Shown: positions 35,316-45,115, counted from the first letter of the stretch. The stretch is 54,925 nucleotides of DNA from a bacterium (GCA_024711065.1 JANJTN010000035.1:1-54925), one strand, 5' to 3'. Numbers and translations are program-made. The notes: generated by a model not told the origin, from the letters alone.

Positions 35316-37625
35316 ATGTCCCACGTCGAGCACCATCGTATCCGTCGATATCGACGCGTTCTTACAGCCCTGCTGATCTCAGTAGGGCTGTTTGCGCTCG
35401 ATGCCCAGGCGCAGTGGGTCAAAGCCAACCTTCCGCTGCCATATGCCCTGGGGTACTATCTGGACATCATGTTCCTTCCCAGCAACCCACAGTATGGCTG
35501 GGCGTGCAGTCTGGACGGCTATGTGGTACGCACCACCGACGGTGGTCAGACATGGCGCGGCACGAGTGTCACACGGCCGTTCCTGGAGCACATCCAGTTC
35601 CTTACGCCAAGCATCGGCTATACGTCGGGTCCCGCCGGGATCTATAAGTCCAACGACGGCGGTGCTTCATGGCGCGACGTTACGCCGATCGGTGCCCTGA
35701 ACGACAAAGGTTGGGGATGCTACTTCATCAACCAGAATGAAGGCGTGTATCTGGTAGGGGGCTGTGAACGGAGTGTCCAGTACTTCTATCGGACCACGGA
35801 CGGCGGGAATTCCTGGACACTCTTCTTTGCCAACGAGGCCTTCAGCGGTCTTTCGGATGCGATCATCGATCGTACAGGTGTGGGCTACGCCGTCAGCAGC
35901 GGTGTGCTCTGGCGCACCACCGACTTCGGCCGCACCTGGCAGGTCTACCAACGTACAGGATCAAAGGTGTGGACCGAAGAGTTGGCCATGTATGGCAATA
36001 GCTTCCTTCTGCCCACCTCGGGTACCGATTGCGACGGACAAACGCGCGGCGTGGGCTCGATCCGCTTCTCTACGAATAATGGCCGCACCTGGAACGAGTT
36101 CCGGACCAACGCCAACATGTTCGGCACCTGTCTGATCAACGAACGCACCGGTTGGGCTGCCGGCGATGATCGCTCGGTGTACTACACCGAAGATGCCGGA
36201 CGTACCTGGGTGCTGAGAAACTGCGGCATCGAAGGCGACATGGACGACATCTGGTTCATTACCGATACCCTGGGATGGGTCTGCGGAGATGGATTGTACC
36301 GCACGGACTTCAGCGCTAAGGAACGGATCGTGCAGCTGGCGCCCGAAGAGCCCCTTCTTACCATTTGTGAAGGCGACAGTGTTCTGGTTTCCGCTACCCC
36401 CGGGTTTACCACGTACTCCTGGTCCGACGGAGTGAATGGCGAAGTGCGCTACCTGACCAACGAAGGTGAGTATGTGCTCACGGCCTACGACGATCGTACC
36501 TGCATGCAGTCCAAAGACACGATCCGCGTGGCCTTCTTTGGCGGCGATCGACCAGCGATCATGGCCTCGCGTCTGGAGGTCTGCGAAGGCGACTCGATCG
36601 ATCTTGACCTGCAGGGGGCGTTCGTTCGGCAGCAATGGTCCACCGGCGACACCACGCGCAGGATCGTCGTACGCAATTCGGGAACATACTCTGTGACCAC
36701 GCTGGACAGCAACGGTTGCACCAAGACCGCTGCCACCATCTCCGTGACCGTGCACCCAACACCGGAACCCACGATCACAGCCAATCGGAGTACCACCATC
36801 TGCCTCGACGAGACGGTCACCCTCACAGCGCCTCCTGGCTACCGGTCGTATCAATGGTCCACCGGTTCTACCGATCCCAGCATCACCGTTGGTACGGCCG
36901 GCGTGTACACGGTCACGGTCGAAGATGAGTTCGGCTGCATCGGAACATCGGACGGTACCACCGTTATCGTGCTCAATACCCGAAACAAGGTAGGCGTAGA
37001 GATCTCCTCGGCCGACAACGCCATTGTCGTGCCCGAACACCCCGTGGGCCAGATGGCCTGCACAGACGTGCGGATCACCAACCGGTCCGAGACCGAAGAC
37101 CTGGTGATCCGAGACCCGGCTCTGCTCGGCAATGTGTTCTGTAGCGTGCCCCAGCACCAGTTCCCGATCGTGATCCCGCCGCTCGAACAGCGAACGCTGC
37201 AGGTGTGCTGTGCCGCCATCGACTCCGGCCTGGTGCGAGACACTCTGGTGATCCCCGACACGTGCTCGCCCACGATCCTTGGTGTTCGGTCCAGAGGGAC
37301 CACGATCCTGTACAACGGCTCCTCCCGCTGCGACGTCCCCACGCAAACCATCGTCTACCGTGCAGGGACCGCCCACCACCTGTCGGCACCTTACCCGATG
37401 CCGGCCGACGCTGCCTTCGAGCTGCAGATCGCTCCCATGGCACCTGTACGCGCGATCCTGGTGGACGCACTGGGTGCGATCGCTGCCATCGCCGAGATCT
37501 GGGAGGGGGCTGACCACGGCACCCTTCGATTCGCCACGCAGTCCGTGCCTCCGGGTCGGTATCTGGCCGTGGTCGAACTCGACGGTGTTGGCGTGCGTTC
37601 TTTCCCGGTATCCGTGGTGCGCTGA
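35316..37625 (+). CDS. Secreted BNR/Ycf48-like beta-propeller protein with three short Ig-like modules and a T9SS-type C-terminal domain
   Basis: Signal peptide LLISVGLFALDAQAQ. Six SxDxGxTW-type repeats (TTDGGQTWR, SNDGGASWR, TTDGGNSWT, TTDFGRTWQ, STNNGRTWN, TEDAGRTWV). Ig modules lie at about 36340-36980. The C-terminus is LSAPYPMPADAAFELQI...GRYLAVVELDGVGVRSFPVSVVR. Confidence 0.8.
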   Translation: MSHVEHHRIRRYRRVLTALLISVGLFALDAQAQWVKANLPLPYALGYYLDIMFLPSNPQYGWACSLDGYVVRTTDGGQTWRGTSVTRPFLEHIQFLTPSIGYTSGPAGIYKSNDGGASWRDVTPIGALNDKGWGCYFINQNEGVYLVGGCERSVQYFYRTTDGGNSWTLFFANEAFSGLSDAIIDRTGVGYAVSSGVLWRTTDFGRTWQVYQRTGSKVWTEELAMYGNSFLLPTSGTDCDGQTRGVGSIRFSTNNGRTWNEFRTNANMFGTCLINERTGWAAGDDRSVYYTEDAGRTWVLRNCGIEGDMDDIWFITDTLGWVCGDGLYRTDFSAKERIVQLAPEEPLLTICEGDSVLVSATPGFTTYSWSDGVNGEVRYLTNEGEYVLTAYDDRTCMQSKDTIRVAFFGGDRPAIMASRLEVCEGDSIDLDLQGAFVRQQWSTGDTTRRIVVRNSGTYSVTTLDSNGCTKTAATISVTVHPTPEPTITANRSTTICLDETVTLTAPPGYRSYQWSTGSTDPSITVGTAGVYTVTVEDEFGCIGTSDGTTVIVLNTRNKVGVEISSADNAIVVPEHPVGQMACTDVRITNRSETEDLVIRDPALLGNVFCSVPQHQFPIVIPPLEQRTLQVCCAAIDSGLVRDTLVIPDTCSPTILGVRSRGTTILYNGSSRCDVPTQTIVYRAGTAHHLSAPYPMPADAAFELQIAPMAPVRAILVDALGAIAAIAEIWEGADHGTLRFATQSVPPGRYLAVVELDGVGVRSFPVSVVR

Positions 37626-37694
37626 GCCGGGGTAATCGGACAGACTTGTCCGAATAAATCGTAATTTCGGCCTTCACGAAACACATCGACGTCT

Positions 37695-38093
37695 ATGGCA
37701 ACATTCGCATCGCTCGATCCACGCGTAGCGCGACTCGAGATCGACCAGGAGTATGGCAAAGAGCTGCCACCCAAGCCCGAGCTTGATCAGTTGCAGACCT
37801 ATGAAGTCTTCCATCAACAGAAGAGCGGAGCCCATCACACGCATGTGGGCTCTGTGCACGCACCCACAAAAGAGCTGGCGCTGATCCTGGCCAAGGAACA
37901 GTACGCACGGCGCGGGCAAACGCTGAATCTGTGGGTGGTGAATACTGCCGATGTGATGACGATGCGCTCCGAAGACGCCGACATTTTTGAGACCACACCT
38001 GAGAAGAAGTATCGCGACGTAGCAGCCTATATGGTCCGCAACAAGGTGGAAGCCTTCAAACAGTCGCAGAAAGCAGAGAGCTCGCATGAATAA
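37695..38093 (+). CDS. paaB: 1,2-phenylacetyl-CoA epoxidase subunit B
   Basis: 132 aa. By eye it aligns with E. coli PaaB (YEVF...HTHVGSVHA...AKEQYARR...LWVV...KKYR). Confidence 0.82.
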   Translation: MATFASLDPRVARLEIDQEYGKELPPKPELDQLQTYEVFHQQKSGAHHTHVGSVHAPTKELALILAKEQYARRGQTLNLWVVNTADVMTMRSEDADIFETTPEKKYRDVAAYMVRNKVEAFKQSQKAESSHE

Positions 38094-38841
38094 GGATGCC
38101 GTCAAGAATCTGATCCTGCGCATGGCCGACGATGAGCTGATCCTGGCCCATCGGCATTCGGAGTGGACCGGCATGGGACCGATCCTCGAGGAGGATATCG
38201 CCTTCTCGTCCATCGCACAGGACAAGCTGGGTCACGCCCAGGCACTGTATCAGATCCTGCACGACGACTTCGGCATGCCGGCGCCGGACAACGAAGCCTT
38301 TGGCCGCTCGGAGTCCGACTTTGTCTGTAGTCAGTTCGTAGAGCTTCCGAACGGCGAGTACGACTTCTCCTTGGTGCGGCACTACCTGTTCGATGCGGCT
38401 GAATATCTCCGATACGGCATGCTATCCACCAGTAGCTACGAGCCCCTTGCCAAACTCTCGCGCAAGGTATACGGCGAGCTGAAGTATCACCTGTTCCACG
38501 CACAGACATGGATCGTGCAGCTGGGTGCCGAAGGGACGGAGGAGAGCAAGGCTCGCATGCAGTCGGCCCTGAACGAAGCCTGGCCCTATGCCCTTGGCAT
38601 GTTCGAGTCCACCGAAGACGATGCTGCTCTGAGCGCCGATGGCGTATTCCCCGGCGAAGCCGCGCTGCAACACGCCTGGATGGAAATGGTGAGCGATACC
38701 GTTGCCAAGGCCGGTCTGAGCCTGCCACAGAACGCCGAAGCGGTGCTGGGTGGACGCAAGGGCTATCATACCGAACACCTCAAACCCTTGCTGGAAGAGA
38801 TGACGGAAGTGTACCGCATCGATCCTGCTGCCGAATGGTAA
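38086..38841 (+). CDS. paaC: 1,2-phenylacetyl-CoA epoxidase subunit C
   Basis: 251-aa ferritin-like protein. N-terminal LRMADDELILAHRHSEWTGMGPILEEDIAFSSIAQDKLGHA is typical of PaaC. 8-nt overlap with paaB. Confidence 0.82.
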   Translation: MNKDAVKNLILRMADDELILAHRHSEWTGMGPILEEDIAFSSIAQDKLGHAQALYQILHDDFGMPAPDNEAFGRSESDFVCSQFVELPNGEYDFSLVRHYLFDAAEYLRYGMLSTSSYEPLAKLSRKVYGELKYHLFHAQTWIVQLGAEGTEESKARMQSALNEAWPYALGMFESTEDDAALSADGVFPGEAALQHAWMEMVSDTVAKAGLSLPQNAEAVLGGRKGYHTEHLKPLLEEMTEVYRIDPAAEW

Positions 38842-38842
38842 G

Positions 38843-39328
38843 ATGACCACCGAGACCGTCCTCGAAGCCCTGCATACCGTCAAGGATCCGGAGATCCCCA
38901 CGATCTCTTTGGTCGATATGGGCATCATCACGGGCGTGGAGGTGCGCAGTGATCACCACGTAAAGGTGACCATGACACCCACCTTTGTGGGGTGCCCGGC
39001 GATCGACGTGATGCGACGTGATGCCGAAGCTGCTGTCAGGGGGCTTGGTATCGAGCACGTAGAGGTAGAGGTGAACTACGACCAGCCGTGGAATACCAAC
39101 CGCTTGACCGAACAAGGCAGGGCAGCGCTCTTGAAGCACGGATTGGCACCACCCGAACCGTACGACGAGGCGGTAGAGCTTCAGCTGGAAGTGCTGAACA
39201 ACACGGCCTGTCCGTACTGCGGAAGCCACAACACCACGCTGAAGTCGCCCTTCGGTCCAACGTTGTGCCGGTCGCTACACTACTGCCACAACTGCCTGCA
39301 AGCCTTCGAGGGCTTCAAGCCGGTCTAA
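38843..39328 (+). CDS. paaD: 1,2-phenylacetyl-CoA epoxidase subunit D (DUF59/MIP18 domain plus zinc ribbon)
   Basis: VKDPEIPTISLVDMGII, TPTFVGCPA, and a C-terminal CPYCGS...CHNC. It starts 1 nt after the paaC stop. Confidence 0.82.
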   Translation: MTTETVLEALHTVKDPEIPTISLVDMGIITGVEVRSDHHVKVTMTPTFVGCPAIDVMRRDAEAAVRGLGIEHVEVEVNYDQPWNTNRLTEQGRAALLKHGLAPPEPYDEAVELQLEVLNNTACPYCGSHNTTLKSPFGPTLCRSLHYCHNCLQAFEGFKPV

Positions 39329-39347
39329 AGGTTCAAAGCCCGGTGCG

Positions 39348-41483
39348 TTAGAGGCCCGGGAACATCACTCGCAGCTGCAGGAAGTACTGCCGCCCTACCA
39401 GCCCCGGAACCAGCGTGGGGTGGAACTGATCCAGTAGATTATTCGCACCGGCTCCGATCGTGAGCTGCCAGCCGTTGTCGAGCATCAGCGTTCGAGTGGC
39501 TGCCAGGTTCATCACGGTGTACGCATGCACGTACTCATCCGGACGATCCAGCACCTTGCGCGGCGGATCGCTGATCACGATCCCGTTCTTGTCCAGCGAT
39601 TCGTCGCCGTAGCGCCCCACGAACTGGAAGCGCACGTTCATGCTCCATAGGCGGTCTTCGGTGTCGTACTGCAGCCGCAGCGTGCCGCTGTGACGCGACC
39701 GATTCCAGAGTCCGCCGTAGTCCTCTCTGGTAAGGGGCTTGTCGATCGTTCCTGCTGTGCCCGCATCGATCGCATCCAGCACTTCCACGTCTGCCGCGTC
39801 CAGGAACTGATAGCCGATCGTGGTGGAGAAGGCCCCCACATCCGAAACGCCGAGTGCCAGTTGCATATTGGCTTCCAGGCCTTGCGTGTAGGCTCGAGAC
39901 AAGTTGCGGTAGCTGTACACGTTGCGTTCGTCCACCGTGCCTGCCAGATAGAACTCGATCAGGTTGCGCAGGTCGTTTCGGAACGCGCGGATCTCGGCGG
40001 AGTAGAGAATGGAAGTTGTTGCCGAAAGGTCGCGCTGTCCATCCACATAGCGCAGGCTAAGATCGTACGATACACTGCGTTCAGGCTCCAGGTCGTTCCC
40101 CAGTTGGGCTGCGCCGATCAGGTCGTACCCCGCACCGGGAAGTCGGTTGGAGAACACCACAAAGAGCTGACGAAAGTCGGGGGCTTTGAAGCCCGTACCG
40201 ATCGATCCCGACAATCGCAGATGATCTCCGGGTTTCCAGAGCAGCGAAAGGCGCGGCGACAGGGCATTGCCGTACACGTTGTTGCCGTCGAAGCGGGCGC
40301 TGAGCACGTACGACAGGTCGTCGTTCGGTTGCCCTTCCCACTGTGCAAAGGCCACACCGGTGCGGTAGAACGGTGTCCGCGTAGGATCGTCTGGCAGGGT
40401 GTACCGTGTGCCCGAGATATCGTCGTAGAGAAACTCTCCCCCCAGCGTCATCCGATTGGACTCGCCGAAGATCAGATCGTATTGGGTGTACAGCCGCGCG
40501 ATGCGCCGCTGTAGATCATCGGTCAAGCCCCCTTCACCTTGGGCGACGTCGAAGTTGTAGCGTTCCTGGTACGACGAAGCGTACGCATTCATGGTCAGCC
40601 GTGCACGACCCGAGATCCACTCCGCGCCGATCGTGCTGGAGAGGTCCCATTGCTCCACGCTGCCGGAGTTCTCGGCGATCTGTCCGAACACGCTTTCGAT
40701 GAAGGTGCCGCGCGTTTCGGTGCCGAACAAGCGCAGCCAGCCGCGCACTTTCCAGTGGTCGTCTACGCGGACCTGCACCTTGGCCTGTGCCGTTCCATCC
40801 TGGTAGCCGGCATAGGGGATCTGCAGCGTGTCTAGCGGTAGGGAGAAGGACGGAGCATTGCGGTAGTTCAGGAAGCCGGAGATCTCTACGTTGCCTTCGG
40901 CAAAGCCCACTTCGGCGCGGGAGTCTATGGGACCTCGCGTAAGGGCCTGGACCTGCGCCGAGCCGCTGATACCGTCGGGAGGACGTTTGGAGATCACGTT
41001 GATCACACCAGCCAACGCCTCAGAGCCATACATGCTGCTCATCGGCCCCTTGACCACTTCGATCCGGTCCACATTACCAACGGAGACACGGTCCAGATCG
41101 ATGATGCCGGCTACGCGGCCTACCATGGGCTGGCCATCGATCAGGATCAGCGTGTAGTCCGGACCCAATCCGTTCATCTGAACACCCGTGCGCACATTAC
41201 CGGTCATCAACAGACCGGTCTGCTCCTTGAGAAGGTCTCCAAGCGTGACCATGGCTGTGGTCTTGATGCGCTCTTGGCCGATCACTTCCACACGTACGGG
41301 CGAGTCTTTCAACAGTACCTCGTTGCGGGTGCCTGTGACCACCACCTGCCGGGCATCCACGGCGCGAAGGCTGTCGGTGATCCGGCGTGCCGACAGGGAG
41401 TCTGCCTCCTCGGTGGGTCGTGCAACGGCGGATACGGCGAGCATCCACCACAGGACACTGCAGACGAAGCGAAAGCGGGACAT
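39348..41483 (-). CDS. TonB-dependent outer-membrane receptor
   Basis: Signal peptide from ATG 41483 (the track uses TTG 41492). Plug motifs IDGQPMVGR and IEVVKGPMSSMYGSEALAGVINVISK, then a long beta-barrel region. Confidence 0.9.
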   Translation of the reverse strand: MSRFRFVCSVLWWMLAVSAVARPTEEADSLSARRITDSLRAVDARQVVVTGTRNEVLLKDSPVRVEVIGQERIKTTAMVTLGDLLKEQTGLLMTGNVRTGVQMNGLGPDYTLILIDGQPMVGRVAGIIDLDRVSVGNVDRIEVVKGPMSSMYGSEALAGVINVISKRPPDGISGSAQVQALTRGPIDSRAEVGFAEGNVEISGFLNYRNAPSFSLPLDTLQIPYAGYQDGTAQAKVQVRVDDHWKVRGWLRLFGTETRGTFIESVFGQIAENSGSVEQWDLSSTIGAEWISGRARLTMNAYASSYQERYNFDVAQGEGGLTDDLQRRIARLYTQYDLIFGESNRMTLGGEFLYDDISGTRYTLPDDPTRTPFYRTGVAFAQWEGQPNDDLSYVLSARFDGNNVYGNALSPRLSLLWKPGDHLRLSGSIGTGFKAPDFRQLFVVFSNRLPGAGYDLIGAAQLGNDLEPERSVSYDLSLRYVDGQRDLSATTSILYSAEIRAFRNDLRNLIEFYLAGTVDERNVYSYRNLSRAYTQGLEANMQLALGVSDVGAFSTTIGYQFLDAADVEVLDAIDAGTAGTIDKPLTREDYGGLWNRSRHSGTLRLQYDTEDRLWSMNVRFQFVGRYGDESLDKNGIVISDPPRKVLDRPDEYVHAYTVMNLAATRTLMLDNGWQLTIGAGANNLLDQFHPTLVPGLVGRQYFLQLRVMFPGL

Positions 41484-41489
41484 AGGCGG

Positions 41490-41497
41490 CAAAGATA
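41490..41497 (-). promoter_or_regulatory. TATCTTTG (exact TAnnTTTG) 6 nt upstream of the receptor ATG
   Basis: This is the reverse complement of CAAAGATA at 41490-41497. If functional, it would give an almost leaderless mRNA. It could also be a chance match. Confidence 0.25.
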
Positions 41498-41534
41498 CGG
41501 CACCTGACCGCCAGCCGTGCCGTGGGTACGTAGC

Positions 41535-44500
41535 CTAGGGTACCCAGGCGACTGGTGTGGTCTGCACCTCCGACGGCGTGCGGACCACAACGAAATACAC
41601 GCCGGAAGCCACGGCCGACATGTCGAGTCGATGCTCCAGGGCCTCAGTACGGCCAAGCGTACGATGCGCTGACGTTGACGCCACGACGCGTCCATCTGTG
41701 GTACAAAGCTCTACCGTGAACGCACCTGGTTCGCCCCCTTCGATCAAAACGTCGATAGCCGCATCGGCGGGACGCGAAGCCACGGTAACCGTACTGGGCG
41801 TGAACATGCGCAGTACGCGGCTTCGCAGGTTGCATCCGGTGATCGTGAGGATCCCGGGAAGCGCATCTTCACTGGGACAGGTCAGGCCCGACCACGAGAC
41901 GTCCTCCCACGTTAGCGGCACCAGCTCGAGTTCGCCGAGTAGTGCCGTACCGCGGAGGAGGGTAACGCGCTGACGTGTTGCCACAATGCGCACGTCGCGC
42001 ATCACCAGGTAGGTCACACGCTCGGACCCACGAACACTGGTCACGATCTGACCGCGTTCGATGGAATCCGGAAGGAACGCACTTACATCGTGTACGATGG
42101 CCGCGCGCAGTTGGGAGACGGTGACCGGGAGCTGTCCGGCATCTACGTTCACGTAGATCGGAATGCCCACGTCCGTCGCACCGGCTTCGGCCGTAACATC
42201 GCCCGCTTCGATGGTCAGGCCAAGCGTGTCGATCACTTCGATGGTCACGAACTGAGTGTCGACACATCCGAACCGATCCTCGCCGATCACGCGATAGGTC
42301 GTGGTCTGCAGTGGCGTTGCGATCGGATTGGCGACGGTCGCGTCGCTCAATCCCGTTGGCGGATCCCAACGATACACGGAGGCACCCTCGGCGATCAGCT
42401 CCACGGGCTCGCCGATGCAGACCGTCCGTGGACCACGTACCGTCACCCGAACATCCGAGACCTCGATCAACACGGTGTCCCGTGCGATACAACCGTCGCG
42501 CTCGGCGGTGACCACGTACAGCGTGGTCTGATCCGGGAAGGCCACGGGTGCCGACACACTAGCACTGGACAGTCCGGTGGCCGGTTCCCAGGTGTAGGTG
42601 TCTGCAGACCCGATGGCCGAGATCTGTACAGCGCCACCTACGCAAAAGCCCTTGTCGGGCCCGGCATCGACCGTTGGTGAGTTGCGCACCACCACGCGAA
42701 TGGAATCGATGGTGCTGCATTGGTCGCCATTGCTGGCCAGCACAAGGTACGTGGTGGTGGTGGTGGGCGTGGCGGTAACAGACGGACCGCGATCGGTATT
42801 CAGGCTGGCCTGTGGCTGCCAGGAAATGAACGATGCGTCGGATCGAACGGTCAGAGCAACGGACTCTCCTCGGCAGATCGAGGTATCGGGCGGAACATCC
42901 AGCGAAGGGCCGCCGCCCACGCCGATCTCCAGTGTGTCGTAGGCGATGCAGTCGCCGTTGTTCAGGGCCACGATCACCGATGTTGGCGTGGTGACCGTAA
43001 CGAAGGTGCTGGCGCTGTCTGAAGGCTCTACGCCCACACCGCTCCACGTCCACGTCCCGGAGCCGCCGGTTGCCACCACGCGTACGCGTTCGCCCGGGCA
43101 CACGCGGGTTGGACCGGAGATCTCCACGGCAAGGTCAGATCCAACGGTCACCACCACGGTGTCGACCTGTGTACAGTTGCCAAGCGTCATGGTCACCGTG
43201 TACACGGTGGTCGTGATCGGTGATGCCAGGGGGCTTTGCAGGTTCGGGTTATCAAGGGAGCCGGCCGGCTCCCACACATAGGACTCGGCATTCTCTGCGG
43301 TGAGTCGTACGCTGGCGCCAAGGCAAATGCGTTGATCCGGTCCGGCCTTGAGATCCACCACCCGCACCGTCACCTCGGCCGAATCAATGCAGCCAGCTGC
43401 GTCGGTGCCGATCACCCGATAGGACGTGGTCGTTGCCGGCGACGCTACCGGAGCGGCCGAGGTAGTGTCCGACAGTCCCGAGGCGGGCGTCCAGCGATAT
43501 CCCTCGGCACCACTGGCGTTCAGGACCACCGAGCCCCCTTTGCACATCAACTTCTCCGGATCCAGAATGATCTGAGGTCCCGTGCGAACTTCCACGCTGA
43601 AGTACGAGGTATCGGCGCCGGAGGCATTGGAGGCCACCAGGCGTCCAACAACGCGGCCGGGTGTCGGAAAACAGAAACGTGGACGCTGGGCCGAACTCGT
43701 AGGTGGGATAGCGCCGGGCACGGACCATTCCCAGCGACTTACCACTCCCGCCGAGAGCACGGTGGGCGTGTAGCAGTCGTTCTGGCACAGCTGATGATCT
43801 TCCACGCTGATCTGCGGAGCCAGACAGGACGTGTCGTTGGGTTGATGTGGTCCCAGGAGCCACCCCACGATCTTCGGCAATCCGGAGCGGCACACACCGC
43901 TCAGGGCTACGACCGAGTCCTGCAGCACGGGGCTGGCCGATGACGGAGCGAAGATCCGGGCCAGCACACTCTGGTCCGGGCGCCCGATGTAGATGTTGGA
44001 GTCCGATGCCAGCTGCATGCCGGCAAACTTGGTCGACCCGGGAAGCAGACCGAGAAACTCGCGTGTTGCCCTGATCGAGTCTCCCTTGTCGCTTTCCAAT
44101 CGAAAACGGTAGACCACCGTGCCGACCTGCAGACCCGAGATGCTGGCGGAAACATACACATTGCGGCTGTCGCGCGTGAACGATGCTCCATAGGTCGATC
44201 CAACCAGCTCGCCATCGAACAGGCTGATGCCGCTATGGATCTCGCCGGTGGTTCGGAGCACCTTCCAGAGATGGGATTCGCCGCTTTGTGCCGTGATCAC
44301 CAGGTGACGTCCATCCGGCGATGTATGCATCTGTCCTACATCGCGTATGGCTGGCAAGGAAGCAGCGGGAGACACCGTGGGTACCGGCGCAATACCGGTG
44401 GCTGTGAAGTGATAACTCACGAATTCGGATGAACTACTGCGCCGGGCAATGATCCACCATCCTTGCTCATCGCAATCGGCCGTGGCGGCCAGATGCTCGG

Positions 44501-45023
44501 TGACCCCTTCTTCGAGGAGCACGTTCTTCTGTACAACGTCGCCGAAGCCGCCATTGGCAGACAGGTCGACCACCGAGTACATCAGGCACAGGCATCGTGA
44601 GCCAGTCTGCGTGGTAGTGATCGGCGCGGGTGTGAAAATGGCAAACCGATCGGTGGTTCCGGGCCATTGCACGATCATCGCGCTCTGGCTGGTAGAGAAA
44701 TCGCCGTTGAGTCCCGTCCCGTTCGGCATCACGCGATGGTTGGCGTCCCACACGGTCATGCCATCCGTATAGAACATCAGATTACCGTTGGCCGGATTGG
44801 AGAACACGGCACATCCCTCGTCGGTATCGATCACGCCGTCGGTAAGCGGTTCCGGGATGCCGTTGCGGAAGGTGACCCCCGCCTGAGAGCCGAAATACCA
44901 GTTCCAGGATCGTCGCTGCGCATGCGCCTGCTCACCTGCTGTGAAGGCGATCACGGCAAGCAGCAGAAGCGGTCCGAGGTGGCTCAGGAGCCGGGACCGG
45001 CGGGTATGGGGACTCCACGCCAT
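41535..45023 (-). CDS. Secreted 1,162-aa protein: N-terminal WYFG-type beta-rich domain, about 7 Ig-like modules, T9SS-type C-terminal domain
   Basis: Signal peptide LGPLLLLAVIAFTAGEQAHAQ, then WNWYFGSQAGVTF. Modules of type C-x-G-x-SV-x-L-x-A-x-GA-x-x-Y-x-W-x-P...TTTY-x-V...GC lie at about 42240-43560. The C-terminus is VASGVYFVVVRTPSEVQTTPVAWVP. Confidence 0.8.
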   Translation of the reverse strand: MAWSPHTRRSRLLSHLGPLLLLAVIAFTAGEQAHAQRRSWNWYFGSQAGVTFRNGIPEPLTDGVIDTDEGCAVFSNPANGNLMFYTDGMTVWDANHRVMPNGTGLNGDFSTSQSAMIVQWPGTTDRFAIFTPAPITTTQTGSRCLCLMYSVVDLSANGGFGDVVQKNVLLEEGVTEHLAATADCDEQGWWIIARRSSSSEFVSYHFTATGIAPVPTVSPAASLPAIRDVGQMHTSPDGRHLVITAQSGESHLWKVLRTTGEIHSGISLFDGELVGSTYGASFTRDSRNVYVSASISGLQVGTVVYRFRLESDKGDSIRATREFLGLLPGSTKFAGMQLASDSNIYIGRPDQSVLARIFAPSSASPVLQDSVVALSGVCRSGLPKIVGWLLGPHQPNDTSCLAPQISVEDHQLCQNDCYTPTVLSAGVVSRWEWSVPGAIPPTSSAQRPRFCFPTPGRVVGRLVASNASGADTSYFSVEVRTGPQIILDPEKLMCKGGSVVLNASGAEGYRWTPASGLSDTTSAAPVASPATTTSYRVIGTDAAGCIDSAEVTVRVVDLKAGPDQRICLGASVRLTAENAESYVWEPAGSLDNPNLQSPLASPITTTVYTVTMTLGNCTQVDTVVVTVGSDLAVEISGPTRVCPGERVRVVATGGSGTWTWSGVGVEPSDSASTFVTVTTPTSVIVALNNGDCIAYDTLEIGVGGGPSLDVPPDTSICRGESVALTVRSDASFISWQPQASLNTDRGPSVTATPTTTTTYLVLASNGDQCSTIDSIRVVVRNSPTVDAGPDKGFCVGGAVQISAIGSADTYTWEPATGLSSASVSAPVAFPDQTTLYVVTAERDGCIARDTVLIEVSDVRVTVRGPRTVCIGEPVELIAEGASVYRWDPPTGLSDATVANPIATPLQTTTYRVIGEDRFGCVDTQFVTIEVIDTLGLTIEAGDVTAEAGATDVGIPIYVNVDAGQLPVTVSQLRAAIVHDVSAFLPDSIERGQIVTSVRGSERVTYLVMRDVRIVATRQRVTLLRGTALLGELELVPLTWEDVSWSGLTCPSEDALPGILTITGCNLRSRVLRMFTPSTVTVASRPADAAIDVLIEGGEPGAFTVELCTTDGRVVASTSAHRTLGRTEALEHRLDMSAVASGVYFVVVRTPSEVQTTPVAWVP

Positions 45024-45107
45024 ACTACCTTGGAATTTACGTGTTCAGACGTTGTTACCCACCCCGATGTAACGAGGATTTAAAGGGAACGTAACCGACC
45101 AGCCCCC

Positions 45108-45115
45108 TACCTTTG
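45108..45115 (+). promoter_or_regulatory. Candidate -7 promoter element TACCTTTG upstream of the response regulator
   Basis: Exact TAnnTTTG match 31 nt upstream of ATG 45147, inside the 123-nt divergent spacer. Confidence 0.4.

Noticed and set aside
37637-37652. Hairpin CGGACA-GACT-TGTCCG after the BNR/Ig cargo gene, considered as a terminator.
   Set aside because: It has only a 6-bp stem and is followed by AATAAATCG rather than a T-run. It is too weak to list as a terminator feature.
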